A DNA stretch of 64,000 nt from Nitrospirota bacterium (GTDB lineage: Bacteria; Nitrospirota; Nitrospiria; Nitrospirales; Nitrospiraceae), in the NCBI GenBank assembly GCA_963701855.1, contig CAVPBK010000005.1:160001-224000 (forward strand). The letters are read 5' to 3'. The position numbers and the translations under genes are program-made. This document shows positions 1-9,595 of this stretch, piece after piece. Numbering within the stretch: the first letter of the stretch is position 1; the number at the start of each line of letters is the position of its first letter. The notes beneath the pieces were generated by a model. It was not told where the DNA came from and did no database searches. It saw only the letters and a list, made by a program, of their open reading frames with translations.

Positions 1-854
1 ATCTCCTGCAGTGTACAAAGGCTCACTACCATTCTAGAGAGAGAGTCCTTGCAAATCGCAACAGCAGGTTCCGTGTAATCAGAATATGATATAAGAATTC
101 CCCTGGCGCAGTTTCGATTAAAGATGCGGACCAAATGTTGCGAAACTTCCCCGGTTCCAAGAGGCTTGTCCCACCACTTCATCTCAACAAGATAGATGTC
201 TCCATCCAACGAAATCACACCATCAATTTGCTCGACAACACCTTCCCCTGCATCTCCGACACGTTGAAAGGCTTCGCGAATAAGTATGCCGTGAAGGCCG
301 AACAAGCGGTTGAGCACACCCTCCAACTTCCTTCCACGAAGCTGCCTATTTGTTTCAGAAAATAGAGAATAGAGATCCTGTTTTACTTCGTCGCGTTTCG
401 AGCGTTTCTCATTCAACTCATCGACTTTTCGCTTCTCCGCCTCCATGCGCTTGTTTCGTTCTGCCTCTTGTTCCTGTCGCATCCGACCGAACGAATCTTT
501 CACATCGATCACGCGCCGGATTTCTCCAACAAGGCCCTTCGCTTTGAGTTGGTCGTCAGGCCAACAAGTCGAGAAGTCCTCAAATTCCACTACGCGCTTC
601 AGAACTTCACGGCGATGGCGCAGTGTTGCATCACCTCCATCGTTAATCCGTACTAGAATTTGCCTTACGATCTCGTATTTGTTGATAGTGGTTGGGGCGG
701 CTTCAACTTTCGCACGAACATCGGCGAAGGTTGCTGGGGGCACCCCAGCTCCGTGGAAAAAAGTCAGGACATCTCTTTTGCTGCGAAACAGTAAAGGGAT
801 TGTATCCACTAAAAGACTCATTAGTTCTGGAGGATAGTGGTGTGGAATATTCAT
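1..854 (-). CDS. Mrr-like (type IV-like) restriction endonuclease with N-terminal helical/coiled-coil region; runs off window edge
   Basis: Manual translation from ATG 854 (absent from ORF track), open to position 1: MNIPHHYPPELMSLLVDTIPLL...RGRKLEGVLNRLF...EQIDGVISLDGDIYLVEMKWW...GILISYSDYTEPA; PD-(D/E)xK Mrr_cat-type motifs. Confidence 0.75.
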   Translation of the reverse strand, partial: MNIPHHYPPELMSLLVDTIPLLFRSKRDVLTFFHGAGVPPATFADVRAKVEAAPTTINKYEIVRQILVRINDGGDATLRHRREVLKRVVEFEDFSTCWPDDQLKAKGLVGEIRRVIDVKDSFGRMRQEQEAERNKRMEAEKRKVDELNEKRSKRDEVKQDLYSLFSETNRQLRGRKLEGVLNRLFGLHGILIREAFQRVGDAGEGVVEQIDGVISLDGDIYLVEMKWWDKPLGTGEVSQHLVRIFNRNCARGILISYSDYTEPAVAICKDSLSRMVVSLCTLQE

Positions 855-917
855 AGGATCGTCCAATGGTGCCCCTAAAAGCCCCTACGAAAATGGATTT
901 CCTTTACGCGTTTGGCT

Positions 918-1748
918 TCATGACTTCTTAGGTCGCGCACCATGTAGTGTCTTCATTCTTTCTTTGAAAGCAGTAAACTTCTCATCGTCAGTTTTCTTTC
1001 CGTTAACCACCAACAAGTCGCCCTTCAGCCAGCGGTCGATGTCATAACCTAGGCCCTTGTAATATTCGATATCGTTAGGCTCTATGTGAATCTCGTTTGG
1101 CGACAGCCAAGAAAATACTAGAGTATCGCTCCGATGGCGATATTTGAATGAAAATTTCTGACCTTTCTGAGACATTACGTCTAACAACTGATTCTGTCGA
1201 ACCTGGTAGGCGCTAACTAGTGAGTCATATGTCAGAACTTTAAAATCCTCTCTCTGTAGACCTTCGAAAGCATCCATCTTCTCTTGGTTTTTCTCAAACT
1301 CCTTGGTCCTTCCAATTACCAGAGCGTATCGAACCTTCATCTTATTACCCGCGAGAGGCTTCTTTAGCGGTGAAATCTTTTGCTCGATTATGGACGGGTT
1401 TCTCTCGATAAACGTCCTCCAATCATTGACCTGACTTATTGCCGCAGTAAGTTCTGCTGAAGGTATGGCCCTCTTTCCGAATAGCCGTTTGCTGGGATGC
1501 TCGATTTCAACAAGGACGAGCCACCAAGACGCAGAACTTTTTGTTAGATATGCAAAATCTGTCGTTAGTGAGGTATCAATCTTCAATTTCGACAATAACA
1601 GGGACAGATGTACTGAATGATTCTGTTCGAAAGGAGGGAAGAACAACTTCGTATGCTGTTCCAGATAATCCTGAAACGATTGCTCCGTTGAATCTTCAGC
1701 ATCTAATAGCTTCTTGAAATCAGGAATTATGCTTTGATGTCTCTTCAT
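918..1748 (-). CDS. sduA: Shedu anti-phage nuclease (DUF4263)
   Basis: TEQSFQDYLEQH, TDF...VEIEHP, LTAAISQVNDW, ALVIGR, VLTYDSL motifs; start overlaps hsdS stop (ATGA). Confidence 0.8.
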   Translation of the reverse strand: MKRHQSIIPDFKKLLDAEDSTEQSFQDYLEQHTKLFFPPFEQNHSVHLSLLLSKLKIDTSLTTDFAYLTKSSASWWLVLVEIEHPSKRLFGKRAIPSAELTAAISQVNDWRTFIERNPSIIEQKISPLKKPLAGNKMKVRYALVIGRTKEFEKNQEKMDAFEGLQREDFKVLTYDSLVSAYQVRQNQLLDVMSQKGQKFSFKYRHRSDTLVFSWLSPNEIHIEPNDIEYYKGLGYDIDRWLKGDLLVVNGKKTDDEKFTAFKERMKTLHGARPKKS

Positions 1749-2947
1749 GAATCGTCTCGAAACCCTGTAATCTTTCCCGAAAGCAGCCGCGGGAGCAGAA
1801 GGTCACGGGTGCGGCGGAGATTTGTGATTTGCTCGATAAGTCTCCAACAGAGTTGGGTTATCGGTTCGCCAATTTTAGCCCAAGCACCTTGGACTTCTTG
1901 GCTTGGAAGCACGATTTTGAACTGTTTAAAATCGCTTAGGATAATCCTGGGAATAGCTGCTCCAGTGACGTAATTCTTCATCCGGTCTTTGTTCTCCGGG
2001 GCGCTCAAGATGGCAGTCAGTAGATGGGGATTGATCTTCTTATTCGGACGGAGAATGGCGACAGAAGAAAGCAGAACCAATTCCAACTCGTCGCGCATGA
2101 CGAAAGTACGCTTTAGGTAATTGGCACCATCTTTTGTAATGAGTACGTCATTCTTTTGCGGTTTACAGCCATTCCTTACGAGCTGGTCAAAATCCTCTCT
2201 GCTAATGTGTCTGCACGTATCTAAGTTGAGACCCCAGGCATGCATGTCTTTCGAGGATGCCATCGGTAAGCCTTCATCGACGGACTTTGGGCTCGAGTGT
2301 GAACCGTCAGTGACCAGCTCGCAGACATCATCAATAGAGACATTATTCCAGCCCTGGGGGATGGGGCCGAGGGGGGATGGAACTATTTTGCCTTTGTCGT
2401 GGCCGGGGAAACGAAAGTGGACAAACCACTCGCGGTAGAGGGACCGGGCCATCTCTTCCAGAATCTTGATGCGCCGTTGGTTGTTCTCGATCAGCTCGTC
2501 ATAGGCGGACAGGATACCCGCAATTCGGCGTTGAGCCGAGAGCGGAGGAACTTCGATCTCTGTTTCGTTGAGAATGGTGAGCGTCAAGAATTTCGTCGCG
2601 GCACCTGTAGAGACACTGCGAAACTGTGAGAGCTTTGGTCGTAGTGCGTAGTAGAGAAACCTGGCTGTAAGAACCTGGGGGTCGCGAGTTGTTACTACAT
2701 AAGTCCGCTGATAAGCGTCAAACTTCCCGTTGAAATATTTAAGGGGATAGATGCCGTTCGCATTGTTGCCTGCAAGCAGCACACACTCGGTGTCAAAACT
2801 GTAAGTGTTGGTCCGAAGCGTCTCCTGAGAACATGTGAAAAATGGGTATTCGCCATTTGGGATAGCAGCGTTCGAATCAAGCTTACCAGTCTTGAAAGCA
2901 ACCAGCTCGCCAAGCCTCACTCTACGACATCCACTAACCATCGTCAT
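1745..2947 (-). CDS. hsdS: Type I R-M specificity subunit
   Basis: Two TRDs with conserved [45 protein letters not shown]. Confidence 0.95.
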   Translation of the reverse strand: MTMVSGCRRVRLGELVAFKTGKLDSNAAIPNGEYPFFTCSQETLRTNTYSFDTECVLLAGNNANGIYPLKYFNGKFDAYQRTYVVTTRDPQVLTARFLYYALRPKLSQFRSVSTGAATKFLTLTILNETEIEVPPLSAQRRIAGILSAYDELIENNQRRIKILEEMARSLYREWFVHFRFPGHDKGKIVPSPLGPIPQGWNNVSIDDVCELVTDGSHSSPKSVDEGLPMASSKDMHAWGLNLDTCRHISREDFDQLVRNGCKPQKNDVLITKDGANYLKRTFVMRDELELVLLSSVAILRPNKKINPHLLTAILSAPENKDRMKNYVTGAAIPRIILSDFKQFKIVLPSQEVQGAWAKIGEPITQLCWRLIEQITNLRRTRDLLLPRLLSGKITGFRDDS

Positions 2948-4555
2948 GATTCCAAGATCTCTACAACGTTCTGAGCGATCGTTCGCTCAAGCTCTCGGGC
3001 CTGGACGTTCAGGATTTCTAGCTCCTCGTTGAGGGTTTCGAGCTGTTGCTTGAAATCCTCGATCGCTCACATCCTCACCGGGAGCTACGCCGACATAGCG
3101 GCCTGGGTTCAAACTCCAGCCCTGCGCTTCGATCTCCTTGATCGTGGCTGTCTTGCACAGACCTGGCACATCGGCAAACTTCAGTTTCTTGCCGAAAACT
3201 TCCTTGAGCTTGGCTTCGACCTGACCACCACCAAGGGTGAAGTCAGGCTCTTCACCTCTATACAGGCGAACGACGTTAGCTAAAAATCCGATCTGGCCTT
3301 CGGTCCAGTCGCGATGCGCTCGATCTATCTGCCGATAGATATGCCGCGCATCCAGGAAGAGAACCTTATCCGCTCGCGGGCTACGGTGCTTCCCTTTATC
3401 GAGGAACCACAGCGTGCAGGGCAGCGTGACGGTGTAGAACATGTTCGGCCCGACGGCAACGATGGCATCCACCGCGCGGGCTTCGATGAGCTGCTTTCGG
3501 ATGTCCTGCTCGGAAGAGCGGGCATCGGAGGCGGAATTGGCCATGACGAATCCCGCACGGCCAGTCCCGCTCAACGTCGAGTAGAAGAGCTGAATCCAGA
3601 GGTAGTTCCCATTGTCTGTGCGCGGCAGACCAAAGGGATACCGGCGGCCTTTCCCCACCTCGGCTTCCAGCCGTTCCTTGTCGACGGCATTTACGTTGAA
3701 CGGCGGATTGGCCAGGACGAAGTCGAACCGTCCGGTGCTGTTGTGCAGATCGTGGTAGTAGGAGATGGCTTCTTTGATGTCCCCTTCGAGTCCGTGCATC
3801 GCCAAGTTCATGCGGCAGAGCTTGACGGTATCCGATACTTTCTCCTGTCCGTGAATGGCGAGTTCGGACGACGGGTTCTTCTTGTGTTCGGACACGAATC
3901 GGGCACTTTGTACGAACATGCCGCCTGAACCGCAGGCAGGGTCCAACATACGTCCATGGTACGGCTCCAACACTTCCACCAACAGACGCACGATGCTGGA
4001 TGGCGTATAGAACTCGCCGCCCTTTGATCCTTCTGTGCGGGCGAATTCGCCGAGAAAGTATTCGTAGATGCGACCGAAGGCGTCATAGTCGATGGTAGCG
4101 GGGATTTCGGAGACCCGCTTGAGGAGTTCTTTCAGCAGCGTGCCGGTGAAAATTTCGTATGTCTTGGGCAACACCCCGGCGAGTTGGACATTGTGCTTTT
4201 CAATGTCCCGCATGGCTTCGTTGATCGCCTTACCAGCATTGCTTCCCTCTGGCAGATGCAGGAGTTTCTCAAAGCGAGCGTTGGGCGTGAGATAGAGCAC
4301 CCCTTCGGCATTATAGGCGGCTGGATCGTCCATACGGGAACCGCGGCGAGACGAGGCTGCGGTCTTTTCTAGCGTCGTTCGCCGTTTGGCGAAACGAGTA
4401 TCGGCGAAGCGCAGGAAAATGAGGCCAAGGACTGGGGTAGAGTATTGCGCAGAAGTCAGGCCGCTATTGGCCCGAAGCTGATCTGCTGCGGCCCACAGGC
4501 GATTTTCCAGTGTGTCGGTGGAGATGTCTTTTTCGGAGGGAGCGATCCACTGCAT
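2944..4555 (-). CDS. hsdM: Type I R-M methyltransferase; apparent +1 frameshift near 3061 (as read, stops at 2987)
   Basis: [19 protein letters not shown] motifs; typical C-terminus [18 protein letters not shown]...EILES lies in the shifted frame and ends overlapping the hsdS ATG. Confidence 0.95.
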
Positions 4556-4592
4556 CCGGTGACCTCGGCAATAGACTTCTGAAGAGGCAAGA

Positions 4593-4820
4593 GAATACCC
4601 CTTTCGCCGAGAGAAATCACTCCGCCCGTTTGGGGAAGTTCTGAGTGATGAGTTCTGGGTTCTGAGTTGTCTGGTCCAGTACTGAGATGTAGGAGAAGGG
4701 CTGAGGGGGTCTGTCTGGTCTATCTTGTTTGTCTGGGTTGTTTCGTTCGTCTGGTTTGCCTTGTTGGCCGGACCGGAAACCCATCAGAGGAACCAAAGAA
4801 ACCAGATGGATAAGAGAGAC
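4593..4820. repeat. Direct repeat copy 1 (~220 bp; 7-mer tract plus 9-mer inverted array)
   Basis: Near-identical to the 5484 copy over the first ~165 bp (ccgcccgtttggggaagttctgagtgatga...gttcgtctggtttg). Confidence 0.9.
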
Positions 4821-4872
4821 GTGCGCACTGCAATGGTGGGCGAAGATTATTCGTATTCTGCGCGTGGGTGGC

Positions 4873-5172
4873 TCAGCGGACGAGAGCGGGAGATTTCAGA
4901 GTCAGGGACTGAGGAGGAGCGGCGGAGCTCTTTGGCGGGAGTCCACCCCAAATCAGGACATCGGGGCAGAGGTCGGCCCCATTCGGCCAAACGACCGTCC
5001 CTGATTCGACTTTAACCTGTCGAAAAGCGAGAGGGTCTTTGCCTATGGTCTCGAACATCGGACCCGTCAGCAGATCGGCAATATCGCGCTCAACGATCGA
5101 TTCATCAGTCAGCGTAAGCCGAAGCCGAAAGCTTTCCACCGGCAGGACTTCACGAATCCGAAGCAAGGACAC
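4873..5172 (-). CDS. DUF2442 antitoxin (DhiA-like)
   Basis: FRLRLTLTD...GTVVWPNGADLCPDVL. Confidence 0.85.
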   Translation of the reverse strand: MSLLRIREVLPVESFRLRLTLTDESIVERDIADLLTGPMFETIGKDPLAFRQVKVESGTVVWPNGADLCPDVLIWGGLPPKSSAAPPQSLTLKSPALVR

Positions 5173-5189
5173 AGGCGAGTCTCCTCGTA

Positions 5190-5450
5190 TTACTCAAGCG
5201 GGGCGATGGGTGCGGGCGTGCGGCCACTACGTGCCAGATCCCAATCCCGCCGCAGTTCGTCCCGATGCAATACTGCCCATTCTACCACTAGAGCCAGCGC
5301 TCGGCGAGGCAATTCCCCCCGCACCACGACCAAGGTGTCAATTTCGATCAAGACTTCATCCTCTCCATAGACCGCATGAAAGTGTGGCGGATCATGGTCA
5401 TTGAAATACATCCGGATAATGATACCGAAGAAACGACAGAGTTCAGGCAT
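5190..5450 (-). CDS. DUF4160 toxin (DhiT/HicA-like)
   Basis: MPELCRFFGIIIRMYFNDHDPPHFHAVYG...IAPLE. Confidence 0.9.
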   Translation of the reverse strand: MPELCRFFGIIIRMYFNDHDPPHFHAVYGEDEVLIEIDTLVVVRGELPRRALALVVEWAVLHRDELRRDWDLARSGRTPAPIAPLE

Positions 5451-5483
5451 CCTCACTTCTCCGAGTCCTTCGTTGCCGCCGCA

Positions 5484-5710
5484 GAATACCCCTTTCCCTT
5501 AGAGAAAGCACCCCGCCCGTTTGGGGAAGTTCTGAGTGATGATGTTCTGGGTTCTGAGTTGTCTGGTCCAGTACTGAGATGTAGGAGAAGGACTGAGGGG
5601 GTCTGTCTGGTCTATCTTGTTTGTCTGGGTTGTTTCGTTCGTCTGGTTTGTCTAGGTTATGACCCAAGGGAACCAGATAGACCAAAGAAATCAGATGAAC
5701 AAGTACGACG
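5484..5710. repeat. Direct repeat copy 2
   Basis: Matches the 4593 copy; period ~891 bp. Confidence 0.9.
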
Positions 5711-5740
5711 GGTGGGATGGGGGAACTTGAGGCGGGAGCC

Positions 5741-6022
5741 TTAGCGACTGCCGGCCTTGATCTCGTATGTCGGGATCGGCGTTCCTGTCACACGTGCATA
5801 GAGGACAGCGGGATCGAGGTCGGCCCCGTTCGGCCAATAGATGGTGTCCAGGTCCGGATGCACGCGAAGTTCTCGGAAGCGATTGAGGTCTTTGAGGGCG
5901 GCAAAGACACCCTCAAACCGCATGGTGGCTGAGAGATCAAGTTCGCCCACCACTCCATCTTCAAATCGGAGGCGGACGTGGTAACCTTCCAGCGCGGTGG
6001 CTTCTACGATATCTCTCAGCAT
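5741..6022 (-). CDS. DUF2442 antitoxin, second paralog
   Basis: MLRDIVEATALEGYHVRLRFEDG...TIYWPNGADLDPAVLY; ATG at 6022. Confidence 0.85.
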   Translation of the reverse strand: MLRDIVEATALEGYHVRLRFEDGVVGELDLSATMRFEGVFAALKDLNRFRELRVHPDLDTIYWPNGADLDPAVLYARVTGTPIPTYEIKAGSR

Positions 6023-6027
6023 TCGCC

Positions 6028-6200
6028 TTACTCCAGCGGCTTGATCTTCTTGAGCGGTGCCCGTTGCTCCGCTAGTGTCCAGTCGTCTCTCAACTCGTCC
6101 TGATGACGTGCGCCCCACATAGCAACTAACCCCAATGCCCGTGGTGGCAAGTGGCCTTCTAATAGCATTAGCGAATCGATTGCCATTATAGCCTTATAGG
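6028..6200 (-). pseudogene. 5'-truncated DUF4160 toxin
   Basis: Only the C-terminal part is present (YKAIMAIDSL...LPPRALGLV...IKPLE); the HxPPHFH N-terminus is missing. Confidence 0.8.
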
Positions 6201-6325
6201 TCGGAAAACAGGGACATTCTACGTTTCCACCAGTTTCTGCGGGCGGTTGATCAGTCCGAGGCATGCATCGAGTCCCGCTCGAGGCTATCGAGGGAAAAGG
6301 GGGTAGGGGGAATATTTAGGTCGCG

Positions 6326-6449
6326 CAGGCTGCTCAAAAAGGCCTTCCAGCAAGGCCGCAGCGAGTGAAGACCGGAAGCGTACCCTCTGGGGTACGTTGA
6401 GGATCTGAACGATGCGAGAACGAAGCTGGCGGGCTTTTTCAGCAGCCTG
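6326..6449. mobile_element. MITE family A (CAGG(A/C)TGCT(G/C)AAAA termini)
   Basis: CAGGCTGCTCAAAAA...TTTTTCAGCAGCCTG; interior shared with copies at 34036 and 45121. Confidence 0.85.
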
Positions 6450-6452
6450 CCG

Positions 6453-6851
6453 TTATTGAATGCCTGCCTGGCGCTGCAGCCACCGCACATACTTCACGAT
6501 CTGATCGACATCCGCCGGAGTGACGGCGTCGATCTTCGGCATGTTGCCGAATTCCCAGTGGTGTGCCTTGACGCCGTTGGCCGCCGCCCGTTTGAAGGCC
6601 TCATCCCCGTGGTGGTTCGGCTCATAGACCTTGTGTACTAATGGAGGTCCGTGGTCGGTTCCCGCCGCTTGTTTTCCGTGACATGCCGAACAGTTCGCGT
6701 TGAATGTGGTTTCGCCCATTTGGAATTCGGCAGGCACAGGACCGCTTGCGGCTGTTGGCTTGGGGGGCTCCGAGGAATCGCAAGCCGCGAGGAGGCCCAA
6801 GCCTAGCACACACACTCCGATCTGAAGCTTTGATGTCATCCTAATCTTCAT
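6453..6851 (-). CDS. Monoheme cytochrome c lipoprotein
   Basis: LAAC lipobox, CSACH heme motif, distal Met (GNMP); start 6851 or 6839. Confidence 0.85.
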   Translation of the reverse strand: MKIRMTSKLQIGVCVLGLGLLAACDSSEPPKPTAASGPVPAEFQMGETTFNANCSACHGKQAAGTDHGPPLVHKVYEPNHHGDEAFKRAAANGVKAHHWEFGNMPKIDAVTPADVDQIVKYVRWLQRQAGIQ

Positions 6852-6865
6852 GGAATCAGCACCTC

Positions 6866-7084
6866 TGATCTTGTTCATTTGGTCTGTCCGGTTTGTTTGG
6901 TTGAACAGGCGAACCGAAACCTGAGGAGGTACCGACCGCACTCCGTGGAGCCGTTCGCCCGTACATATGGATCTTGGCGAACGGAAAAACCCCTCCAGCA
7001 CTTCCGATCTCTGAAAATCTCAATCGGTACGTTGAGGATTTCGATGAGCCGGGAACGACGCTGGCCGCCTGTTTCAACAGCCTG
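6866..7084. repeat. 9-mer arm fused to a MITE A variant that supplies the queC stop
   Basis: tcttgttcatttggtctgtccggtttgtttggtt then ...gtacgttgaggatttcgatgagcc...tttcaacagcctg. Confidence 0.7.
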
Positions 7085-7778
7085 AGGTTATCGCATATGC
7101 GATGGGATCTACAACCCCCACCTTCGCAAATCCTTCGCGTCGAATCACGCAACTATCGCATCGTCCACAAGCCTGGTCTCCTAACGGATCGTAACAACTA
7201 TGGGTCAGATGAAACGGAACATGCAGGTCGATCCCTTGTCGGATGATTTCCGCTTTCGTCAGCATCAGCAAGGGGGCTTTGACATGGAGGGGGTTTCCTT
7301 CCATGCCGGCTTTCGTACCTTCCTTTACTGCCGATTCAAACGCGCGAATGAATTCAGGCCGGCAGTCTGGATAGCCTGAATAGTCGAGCACGTTCGCGCC
7401 AAAATAGATGAGAGACGCGCCCACGGCCTCCGCATGCGCTGCCGCAATCGAGAGAAAGATGAGATTCCGCCCTGGCACATAGGTGGCAGGAATGGTTCGG
7501 CTACGCTCGTTGCTTGGGCGGTCTTTGGGGACTGCCGCCGGGCCGGTAAGCGCCGACCCGCCGATGGCACGAAGATCCAGATTCATCACCAGATGGTTTG
7601 CTACCCCCAAGGCAGCTGCGACCTGCCGAGCCCGCTCCACCTCCACCGCATGGCGCTGCCCGTAGGCCATCGTGAGGAAAAAGAGCTCGCAACCATCCCG
7701 CTTGGCAATGGCCGCCGTGACGGTGGAATCCAGCCCTCCACTTGCCAAGACGACCGCTCGATTTCCTGTCGGCGTCAT
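7074..7778 (-). CDS. queC: 7-cyano-7-deazaguanine synthase
   Basis: SGGLDS, YGQRH, YVPGRN, YPDCR, CGRCDSC. Confidence 0.95.
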   Translation of the reverse strand: MTPTGNRAVVLASGGLDSTVTAAIAKRDGCELFFLTMAYGQRHAVEVERARQVAAALGVANHLVMNLDLRAIGGSALTGPAAVPKDRPSNERSRTIPATYVPGRNLIFLSIAAAHAEAVGASLIYFGANVLDYSGYPDCRPEFIRAFESAVKEGTKAGMEGNPLHVKAPLLMLTKAEIIRQGIDLHVPFHLTHSCYDPLGDQACGRCDSCVIRREGFAKVGVVDPIAYAITSGC

Positions 7779-7924
7779 CGATCCTACTCCCGTAAGTGGC
7801 ACAGGGTACCAAGTGCGGTCACAGAACACGAGCCTTGCCTGAGGAGGGAACAACCAGCAGTCAGCGAAAAAACTATTGTGGCGGGATGGAGATTCGATGG
7901 TCCGCGCGTATGGGACACGTCAAG

Positions 7925-8050
7925 TCTGTTTGGTTTATCTGATCTGTCTGGTTTGTTTTGTTGCGTGACCCCAGAGAAACCAAACAAACTAAATAAACCA
8001 AATAAACGAGACAGACCGGACAAACCAAACAGATCAGAATGACGAGATGA
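7925..8050. repeat. 9-mer inverted array
   Basis: (TCTGGTTTG-like)n, spacer, (CAAACCAGA-like)n. Confidence 0.85.
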
Positions 8051-8094
8051 AGACCACGTGAGGCAGGGACATGATCGATCGCGTGGAGAAATAG

Positions 8095-8661
8095 TTAGTC
8101 GCGATCTTCTTCTCGCTCGATCTTTTCCAGCAGCTCTTCTTTCGACTGACACTCGACGCAGAGTTTTGCGAATGGGACGGCTTCCAATCTCCGCTCACTG
8201 ATCTCTACGCCACATTCCGCGCAGATACCATAGGTGCCCTCGTTGAGCCTCGTCAACGCTTCATCGATGGCCTGCCGGCGGCGATTGCGCATTTCCATTA
8301 AGGAAATGCCCAGCTCGCGATCGAGATCCATGAGGGCTTGGTCGCCGACGTCGCGTGCAGATTCAAGCCGCCGCTGTTTATCTTCGATAAGGGATTGGCC
8401 CAGACTCCCCTCAATCTCTTTGATAATTTCCTGGCGCTTCCGCATCAACATCTGATGGAGGACTTGGCGCCGGCGCTCTCGGTCTTCTCGTTCCTTAGCC
8501 GATTCTTTCGGTTTGGCAGCCAGGGGAGAGACGGTCATGCTGATAGATTTCTCGGGGACCACAACTGGGGTGCGCTTTGGTTTGCTCGCTGGTTTCTCGA
8601 TCTTCGCCCGTATCTTGGCTTTCGCTGCCGGTTTTTTCTTGGCGGGGGTTTTTGTTGCCAT
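8095..8661 (-). CDS. TraR/DksA family transcription factor
   Basis: GTYGICAECG...RLEAVPFAKLCVECQ zinc finger; Lys-rich N-terminus. Confidence 0.9.
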   Translation of the reverse strand: MATKTPAKKKPAAKAKIRAKIEKPASKPKRTPVVVPEKSISMTVSPLAAKPKESAKEREDRERRRQVLHQMLMRKRQEIIKEIEGSLGQSLIEDKQRRLESARDVGDQALMDLDRELGISLMEMRNRRRQAIDEALTRLNEGTYGICAECGVEISERRLEAVPFAKLCVECQSKEELLEKIEREEDRD

Positions 8662-8777
8662 GGCAGATACTACTCCTCTGGTGAACGTCGAATAACCGAA
8701 AAAAGTTCGGCATTCATAGCATGGCACTCTCGCATTTTACAAGCGGTTGTGGAGAAGAAGAGGCTGGGAGCCTCTAG

Positions 8778-9067
8778 CAGGTTGCGGGGGAAAAACTAGC
8801 ACGGCACGAGGTAACTCAACGGTCTGCATGTGTAGGACAACAGAAGAACCCTGCGCAGGATGCTCAAACAGGCTAGACTTCTCACCCGCCCAACCCTGGC
8901 GCGCCGAGACGCGCCTTTTCCCAAGCAAGGCCGCAGCGAACTATCACTTCCTAAGGGGTGGCTGGGATGATCCCAACTGCGCGCGTCCAACGAGGGGAGG
9001 CTGCGACCGCGCGTTGCGCGAGCAAGGGGATTGTCCCAGCCATCCCGTCCCCTTTTGCAGCATCCTG
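8778..9067. mobile_element. Composite MITE A containing a GGGGTGGC-type palindromic unit
   Basis: TA-GCAGGTTGC...inner CAGGATGCTCAAA (8856)...TTTTGCAGCATCCTGC-TA. Confidence 0.75.
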
Positions 9068-9592
9068 CTAAGGATAGAGGATTGTTGAATGGATAGGGTA
9101 GCCGACTAGCTTGTCTCGACCCTTAAGGCTCTGGAGCTCCACGAGAAAGTCGAGCCCGGCAATCTCGCCTCCCAACTGTCGAACGAGAGACACCGTTGCG
9201 GCTGCCGTGCCCCCGGTGGCCAGCAAGTCGTCCACGATCAGCACCCGCTCTCCCATTGCAATCGCATCGCGGTGGATCACAAGGGAGTTCGAACCGTATT
9301 CAAGGCTGTATTTGACTTCAAAACTGTCGGCGGGCAGCTTGCCGGGCTTCCGGACTGGAACGAACCCGGCGTTCAACCGGTTTGCCAGCATACCGCCGAA
9401 AATAAACCCGCGCGATTCGATGCCGATGACTTTGGCGATCCGCTGTCCCTGATAGTAGTCAGTCAATTCATCGGCAATCGACGACAGGGAGCGGGCATCT
9501 TTGAGCAGCGTGGTGATATCGTAGAAGAGAATACCGGGCTTGGGGAAATCGGGAACCTCACGAATGAGGGCGTGATAGTTGACGGGGGGCAT
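9068..9592 (-). CDS. apt: Adenine phosphoribosyltransferase
   Basis: [29 protein letters not shown]. Confidence 0.97.
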   Translation of the reverse strand: MPPVNYHALIREVPDFPKPGILFYDITTLLKDARSLSSIADELTDYYQGQRIAKVIGIESRGFIFGGMLANRLNAGFVPVRKPGKLPADSFEVKYSLEYGSNSLVIHRDAIAMGERVLIVDDLLATGGTAAATVSLVRQLGGEIAGLDFLVELQSLKGRDKLVGYPIHSTILYP

Positions 9593-9595
9593 CGA

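Noticed and set aside
5443..5685. ORFs with DKPD/NQIN-type repeats (also 7784-8152, 50701-51060, 56048-56242)
   Set aside because: Translations of the 9-mer arrays; a period of 9 keeps frames open
6251..6490. ORFs containing RLLKK/RMLKK motifs (also 8737-8928, 20358-20579, 45117-45362, 59157-59348)
   Set aside because: Translations of MITE A sequence
4710..8050. 9-mer arrays or the direct repeats as CRISPR arrays or integron attC sites
   Set aside because: No constant repeat with unique spacers and no cas or intI gene; the hairpin centre is GGTT...AACC, not the RYYYAAC...GTTRRRY attC layout
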